From Plasmodiophora brassicae (Eukaryota), in the NCBI GenBank assembly GCA_036867785.1, contig CP145413.1, forward strand, positions 248,001 through 312,000: 64,000 nt of DNA, given 5' to 3'. A program made the translations under genes and the position numbers. The notes beneath the pieces are model-generated. The model did no database searches. It saw nothing but the letters and a program-made list of their open reading frames with translations, and was not told the origin of the DNA. Positions 58,201 to 64,000 of the stretch are shown one piece after another (positions within the stretch are counted from its first letter, which is position 1; each line of letters begins with the position of its first letter).

Positions 58201-59781
58201 GTCGGCGCGTCGTCGTCGGCGGACGGGCACCCGGCCAGCGCCGTCGTCGGCGCTGCCAACGTCCGCGTCGGCGGCCCGTCGGCGAACGCCTGGTCGCCGA
58301 ACGGGCCCGTCGTCGCCACGATCGTCGTGGCGTTCGCCAACGCCGTGTACGCGACCGGCGTCAACGTCTACGAGAGCACGGGCGGCGGCGCCGTCCAGCA
58401 GATCGAGGCGCAGCGCCCGGACGGCACCTGGGCGACGATCTGGGCGGGCGCCGTCCTGCCCGCCGGCCTGACCGCCATGCGCACGTGGCAGCCGCCCGTC
58501 TGCCCGACGAACTTCGCGACGCGGTCGCTGCGCCTGACGGTGAACGCGCTGAAGAGCAAGGGCGAGCACGGCATCGACGCGATCCAGCTGGTCGGGGCGG
58601 CGTCGCTGAACGGGACGGCCGAGATCCTCGTGGCCAACCGCAACCTGACGATCGCGTACCGGTCGCCGTCGCTGGCGTCGATCGGCGCCTCGCCCGGGTA
58701 CCAGCTGGTCGACGCCGTCAGCTACGAGATCGTGTCCTGCCTGAACGGGTGGGCGGTGATGGCGTCGGGCACGCAGAACCTGGCCGTCACGCTCGGCACG
58801 CGCACGACGCTGTCGGCGCTGTTCACCGACGCCAGCCTGGCCTCGGTCGGCGTCAGCATGGCCGTGTCGCTGCTGGGCACCGTCGTCTGCCTCGGGTCGG
58901 CCCTCCTCGTGTACCGGTGGCGCGAGCAGCCCATCGTCAAGGCCGGGTCCGTCTTCTTCCAGTCCATCATGCTGGTCGGCATCCTGTGCGGCTTCCTGCT
59001 CCTGTTCCTGTCCGCCCTGTTCGAGATGGACCTGTCGCTCCTGCCGGGGTTCTGCGCCGCGCGCCCCTTCCTCCTGTCCGTCGCCTTCGTCCTGCTGGTC
59101 GGGTCGATCATCGTCAAGACCGGGCGCATCCTGTACATCTTCATCTACGTCGAGGGCAAGACGGTGGCCCGCGTCACCAACTGGCAGCTGACGGTCGTCC
59201 TGGCCGGCATGTTCGCCGTCGACATGCTCATCAACCTGGTCTGGCTGCTGGTCGACCCGCTGCGCGCGCAGGTCGTCGTCAGCGCCGGCCGCCAGTACCA
59301 CACGTGCTCGGGCGTGTCGCCCGCCTCCGGGTACCTGTACACGACCAGCGTCGTCTACAAGGGCCTGCTGATCGCCGTCAGCATGCTGCTGGCCGTCAAG
59401 GTGCGCACGGTGCCGTCCGTGTTCAACGAGGCCAAGGCGCTGTCGTTCATGGCGTACGCCATCTCGACGCAGTGCCTGATCTTCCTGGTGCTCAGCGGGC
59501 TGATCGCCGACAACCCCAGCGCCATGCTCTTCGTGACCTGCTTCGCCCTGGCCCTGGCCATGTTCTCCACCTGGGCGATCCTGTTCGGCTACAAGTTCTA
59601 CGTCGTCAAGTTCCTGCCCGAGGAGAACGTCGTCCGGACCAGCAAGGGCAACCAGCCCGGCACGTACAGCGGCGTCCGGACGCGGGACGGGACCACCACC
59701 CAGAAGAGCCACAACTCGCATCACGCGCCCAAGACCAACCCGGACCGTGTCGAGTCGGGCACCAGCGGCGCCAAGTTGTGA
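55261..59781 (+). CDS. Class C GPCR with LamG/pentraxin ectodomain, copy B
   Basis: Same 1506-aa protein as copy A except three N-terminal substitutions (TAM/TVM, GSA/GNA, QIT/QTT). Confidence 0.88.
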   Translation: MAALSTAVTVMAILVFARQATAALSESYIPASGNAMRFSADPARRTFLQTTMLCAAGNGANPFASQSMTLAAWINIPALTSTEMTIAGFALHDGPLLQLDRVGFFKVQGVESLDFASQCSFDYVTGRNLADGTWHHLAFVRTPNLQYYFIDGVLQRRCDYATSYASLPFGTTLNVGQFDTTAGSSNHQTLQGDLDDIRIYKRAITDPADIAAMMWTPPSADDIANHLILYLTFDEAQGPPINHGMAAGPTSVSVGGGLLVRSPARVPSTAPFPTNTTSSSLIVEARQDTTSSRADPVTIALLVARNRTASVVGRNATLTVTRVNLPAGVGTVTINGVPVTTPGTVIQAVSSALSLTFAQVLGKTGAPVASIDVDLSVRAPGGFVLAQHATIVLNARLNTRPVAGSAGNAASLDGVQQYFIAPSLAWPRVSPSNGLSAITVEFWAYLDASCAGDTAFFSLNGNGEMDQAWASEFGAGRRWGRWHVQMPDGNHNINWNIGSDNLATPATPFYGGWAHYAFVADHVQGTQAAIYVNGRQLANMTRAHDGFQSASAPGGYNHVTVGTWTFWSEVFNKGVYDDLRLWNRSLSGAEIRQRMWQQLGGDEPDLFAYWTFDDNAGGVVRDGTRRGNDLVAGGCVPCEPRFYCQPDFPLYASVAMPALDASACIPSAKSADSPAYLTHTCYGGTHCFLGNENPATRPDQVVSSAPIGGFVFDATGSTGQTVGVVLNGSDPDGDPIAYTVTGVPDHGVVQYWNPNGSSWHTITSAPVTLPSARLQVLTNDGDGGMPFTTIAYVVSDAWAASSPLSVRVNVMCTEGTHLDQAARRCVPCPAGTYAPLPSFATSCLACPVNTFQSGTGAVGCDPCAPGRTYTARPGATACAPCNQTLSLQDARLPLSTTLCRASYTIGDGAALVGGAVSYIEFGPLLVNGVGPGDARVLIRSMPQYGTLHQVGDDGVSVADDDVGQYQYAPIGIAPQWVDHVVGASSSADGHPASAVVGAANVRVGGPSANAWSPNGPVVATIVVAFANAVYATGVNVYESTGGGAVQQIEAQRPDGTWATIWAGAVLPAGLTAMRTWQPPVCPTNFATRSLRLTVNALKSKGEHGIDAIQLVGAASLNGTAEILVANRNLTIAYRSPSLASIGASPGYQLVDAVSYEIVSCLNGWAVMASGTQNLAVTLGTRTTLSALFTDASLASVGVSMAVSLLGTVVCLGSALLVYRWREQPIVKAGSVFFQSIMLVGILCGFLLLFLSALFEMDLSLLPGFCAARPFLLSVAFVLLVGSIIVKTGRILYIFIYVEGKTVARVTNWQLTVVLAGMFAVDMLINLVWLLVDPLRAQVVVSAGRQYHTCSGVSPASGYLYTTSVVYKGLLIAVSMLLAVKVRTVPSVFNEAKALSFMAYAISTQCLIFLVLSGLIADNPSAMLFVTCFALALAMFSTWAILFGYKFYVVKFLPEENVVRTSKGNQPGTYSGVRTRDGTTTQKSHNSHHAPKTNPDRVESGTSGAKL

Positions 59782-60518
59782 GCCGCTGGAAACGTCCGCC
59801 ATCGGGTCACCTTCATTCGCCCGTGGTTTGAATAAAGGTCTTGACGGTTACACAACGGCTAACGTCCTTTCCCTGCTCTCCGCGTATCGTCGTGTGACGG
59901 TCGGGTCTCCCTGGCAGTATCGATTTCGATATTTGCATGAGCTTGCGGTACCCGGAGGCGGTCCTCCGGCTCCAGTTGTTCCTGGACTGCCTGGAAGGAT
60001 TGGGCCCAAGGTACGTTGTCGTTCAGCGGTGAGGGTGATACTGATACAGTCCACTGGCAACCGCTGTATACAACAGGTCGTATGCCGTCGTTCTCGGTGC
60101 CCGGCACATACCTGGGCCTTGTTAACCTGCGCCACACATCACCGCGCCCTGCCCTCCCGCCTGCCTTCCACATTTGTGATGGGTCTCTTTGCCGCCCGAC
60201 CGAGGACGTGTTCTGGCAGTGCCGCCCCGCACCGGAACGCCGCTGCTTCCCCAGTGCGCGCCGCCCAAGCCACGCGCGCGGGTCAGTGCAGCTCTGACCC
60301 CGTGTCGACGCGCCACCCGTCAGCCGCCGGCGCCACGGGGTGACGAGGCGCGCGCGGGGTTCTCCTTTCGGGGCGTCGTCCGTACGCGGCGCTCGCCGAT
60401 CTGCGGGGAGGAAGTTCTGGAAATAGACACGCCCCGTGGCGGACCAGCGCGTCTGCCCTGGATCACTGTCCAGGGCCTTTGAGCTGCCCGGCCCGGTGTA
60501 TCGCGTGCCTTCCCCGAC

Positions 60519-63007
60519 ATGCTGGGCGCGCCGGCCCCGGGCGACAACATCCACGAACAGTTCCACCGGTTGCTGCTGTCCGAGCGAACCTTCGTCCAGG
60601 ACGTCACCGCCTTCTACCGGCGCGTTGTCCGCCGTCTGACCATGGAGGCGGACTACGACAGGCGGGTCGCGTCGTCGACGGATCCGGCGTCGTCGTCTGA
60701 CGCGGCCCGCGTTCGCGTGCCGAGCGCCGCCGTGGCGCACCGGCACCATGTTCGCCGGTGCTTCGACAACGTCGCCCGCCTCGTGTTCGTGCACGACGCG
60801 TTCCTCGACGACCTCGAACGCACGCTGTCCAGGATCGGCCATGGGCACAACCTCGCCGACGCCCTCATCGACTGCTTCGCCGCGAACCTGCCCGGCCTGA
60901 CGTTCCACGCCGAGTACGCTGCCGACCTGCCCATCGCCATCGGCGTCCTGTCCTGGAGGGCATCGCGCGATTCCCCTTTGCAACGTTTCATTGGTGACGC
61001 CAGCCCTGACGGCCGACCTGAGTACCTGTTCGAGCAACTTCGGCTGCCGCTGGCGCGCGTCCCCCAGTACCTGCAGGTCATGCTCGTCGTGCGCGACCTG
61101 AAACCGAAACGGGTCGCCTTCGTCGACGTCATCGTCCAGGCGCTGACAACAACATTGGCGGCGGTCATCGACCCGGCACCGTTCCCGGCCGCCGCCGCCA
61201 ACGAAATCATGGAGGTCGAGGACCAGCTCAAGGACCCGATCGACCTCGTCCGTCCGGGACGAACGCTCGGTACGCGGCGGTCGCGTTGCAAGGACGCTTC
61301 GCTGAACGTGGGCTTGCTGCAGTTCGATCTGGAATCGTGCACCACAGACGACGATCGTGCGTCCGGCCCGGGCGGACGACGATCCTGCACATGTGCAACG
61401 ACGTCATGCTCGTGGCGACCCGTCGCCGGTTCAAGCAGCGCCTCGTGGATGTGTTCGCGCTCGCCGACCTGAACGCGTTCGACGTGTCCGACGACAAGAA
61501 CGGCGTGCACCAGATCGTCCTGCGAAGTCGCACGTCGGATCAGACAATGTCGATCCGCATGGCGAACGCGGATCTGAAGAACGGCTGGCTGATTGACATC
61601 TGGGCGGCCAGCAGTGCCGCTGCGACCATGTGCCAGCGGTCGTCCCTGTCGTCGTCGGGGATGCCGTGCAAGACGCCAGTGCCCGGCGAACTCATGCAGA
61701 GGATCCGGTCGCTGTCGGCCCAGGACAATCGAGGTAGGCGGCAACTGTGTTGCGGCGGTAAAGGCCAACGCGCTGAACGTGGCCATTAGAAGGGCACGGC
61801 GGCGACGCCGAGTCAAGTGATGACGGCGACGACGATGACGACGGTCGCGTCCCGGCCGTCGTCGTCACGGTCGACTCCGTTCTGGCGTCGCTGCGGCATG
61901 ATCAGTTGGCGTTCTGCCTAACGATGTCGCACCTGGCGACGTCGTGGAAGACGGTGGCGAAAAGCAATCGATCAGGGCGTCAGCTGCTCGGCGAGGCGTG
62001 CACTGCCCTGCACTCGCTGGCCAGGGCGCACATCCACCTCCTGTCGATGCTGAACCGATTGCCGACGCTGACCGCCGCCGAGATCGTTTCGTCCATCTGT
62101 GATGCCGTCCCTGAGATTCGGGCGCTGACGCTTCAGCTCATGCGTCAGGAGCCCGCCATGCGCCGCGCGTTCGGTACGTTTGTCGTCGGGGGCCCCGTCC
62201 CGCACGGCTTGACGGGCTGACCGTGCCCCTGCAGATACGGTCGAGCTCCAGGTGGCGATCGACGCGTTCGAGATGGATCCCAAGTCGCAGCAGTTCCCGT
62301 TGTCGGCGTTCCTGGGCGCCCCTCGTTGCCGTCTGTCGTATTACGTGGCCGTCTGCCAGCAGTTGGAGGATGTCCTGGCATATGACGGCGACGAACGGGA
62401 ACGCGCCGCCGTCGGGAACGCTAGGGAGGCGTTGAACGACGTCGTCAGCGAGATCCGGTTCGCCGTATGGCAGAACGAGCAGCGCGTCGTTCTGGAGGAG
62501 GTACACCTGGATCGTGCCTCAGCAGCGCTGGTGTCTGACACAAGGCATTGCTAGTGCCAGGCACAGTTCAAGCGGTACCGGAGGCCACCTTTATTAATGG
62601 GCGGCGGTCTGGCGACCCGATGCCTGCTGCTGACGGGCACGATCGGCGTCATGAAGTCTTCGATCACGCTGTGCACGTTCATGCTGTTCTCCGACTACCT
62701 GCTGTGGAGCCGGCCGCGGCGAGACGCCAGCCTGGCCCTGGAACGGTGCGTTCGCCTGGAACGGGTCCAGGTGTCCTCCGACGACACGATCCAGTCGTCG
62801 TCATCCGCGTCGCGCCTCCTGCTCGTCCTGCACGTCCCCGAACGGGTCACACTGTGCTTCACCAGCGCTCAGCAACGATGCGCATGGTTCAGCGCCCTGG
62901 TCGATGCCATCCTGTCGAGGAAAGCGGCGCTATTGCAGGACTCGCCGCCTTCGAGCACCAGACCGACTCCCCATGTTGCGACCTACCTTATGCTTGTAGA
63001 CCAATGA
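60519..63007 (+). CDS. Divergent RhoGEF-like protein with tandem DH-PH modules
   Basis: First DH: LLLSERTFVQD, LRLPLARVPQY. First PH: ILHMCNDVMLV..KNGWLIDI. Second degenerate DH: LSAFLGAPRCRLSYY. Second PH: FMLFSDYLLW..RCAWFSAL. Joined by short introns. Confidence 0.65.
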
Positions 63008-63224
63008 AGCCACTACTATTATATTGGGCGATCCCCGACCGTCAGGTCCAGTGTGCCTTGACGGACAGACCGACATTCTGACCTGTAGGGCCATCGTGGA
63101 CCGCAACCATGCACTGGAAACCTGCTTCTGGTGTTTGGCCCGTATCATATCTTGGTAGGCGTCATCATGCTGCCGGAGGCGTCCGCCGAGCGCGTATCCA
63201 TTGCCGGCCGAGTGCTGAGCGGAA

Positions 63225-64000
63225 TCAGGCTGTGGACGTTGTCTGCGTTTCGACGCTTCTGGTGACGGTGAATGCCTCCCGTCCAGGGCGCGGTCTGACG
63301 GCGGGCGCGCGCCCTGGCTTGCGGCGCCATCCGCGTAGGTAGATGAAGGCAATCGAGTTCATCGCACCTCCCATGTTCACCGTGATCACCACGAGTAAGT
63401 CAACGTACGGGTTTCGCGTGCCCCCAGGAATAGCCAGAGACAGCACAACTAGGCACAGACGATCGCGACGTCAGTTGCCCTGTGCATTCGGCGGCGAGGG
63501 CGGGGCGACTCGGCCCTCACCTGAAAACCACTGGGCCAGGTACAAGGCAGCGAAGAGGTTGACGCGGTTTGCGCCTTTGACGACCTTGCGATCTTGGACG
63601 GACACGTGGCTCGGTTCATCCGCCGCCATGGACGCGGGCGCCCGGCCAGGAGGGTGGGCAACGTTCCTGTGGGCCACCGAGAACTTGCGGATGTGGAGGT
63701 GCACGGTGGTGGCAAAGTACGCCGTCAGCCCGAAGCACACGATGGCGGGCAGGTCCACGTAAACCAGCTGCACGACGACGTAGTTCGGGTGGGCCGCGTT
63801 CAGATAGATCCAGTAGCCGGACGGGCCGAACACGTCGAGCGGGACGCCAGCCCCGATCATGGGGGCGTTGACCGCGATAATCGCCAGCAGGAGGTAAACG
63901 TCGCAGCGACCAAGCGCCACCTTCTTCTCGTGTATCATCTGCAGGTACAGGGTCGCAGTGGTCATGACAACAACAACAGCTTGGGCGGCAATGAAGATCT
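63225..64000 (-). CDS. cAMP-receptor/Git3-like 7TM GPCR, 3' part (5' end outside window)
   Basis: Successive TM helices, extracellular FGPSGYW motif, and last helix GGAMNSIAFIY. One intron at about 63451-63520. Confidence 0.6.

Larger units (their letters stand above)
48723..59787. repeat. Inverted segmental duplication: arms 48723-53286 and 55224-59787 (4564 bp each), 1937-bp spacer
   Basis: Mirror-image ORF sets on opposite strands. Boundaries read directly; both coordinate pairs sum to 108510. Confidence 0.95.

Overview
Gene-dense, GC-rich eukaryotic (protist) genomic DNA. Most genes are split by short (mostly ~50-60 nt) GT-AG introns and separated by very short intergenic gaps. The style resembles a phytomyxid such as Plasmodiophora; that is an inference, not a database match. 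About 27 protein-coding genes can be supported. Housekeeping genes include PA28, a DENND4-like GEF, a PTS2-bearing citrate synthase, glucose-6-phosphate isomerase, POLD4, ZNHIT2-like, SWAP-like, MsrA and Vta1. There is also a concentration of sensing/signalling genes: three tandem stand-alone MHYT membrane sensors, two RhoGEFs, a GPI-type DOMON protein, a TRAF-like E3 and a cAMP-receptor-like GPCR. An ~11 kb palindrome carries two near-identical, intronless 1506-aa class C GPCRs with a lectin/adhesion-type ectodomain; its spacer holds twin perfect hairpins. Other oddities are an ATP-grasp ligase fused to a SET domain, a signal-peptide JmjC hydroxylase, a secreted Trp/Asn-rich 26-aa repeat protein, a 155-bp perfect fold-back of a retrotransposon integrase fragment, and a C2H2 gene disrupted by a 17-bp repeat expansion. 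All gene models and family calls were made by eye from motifs; no searches were run.
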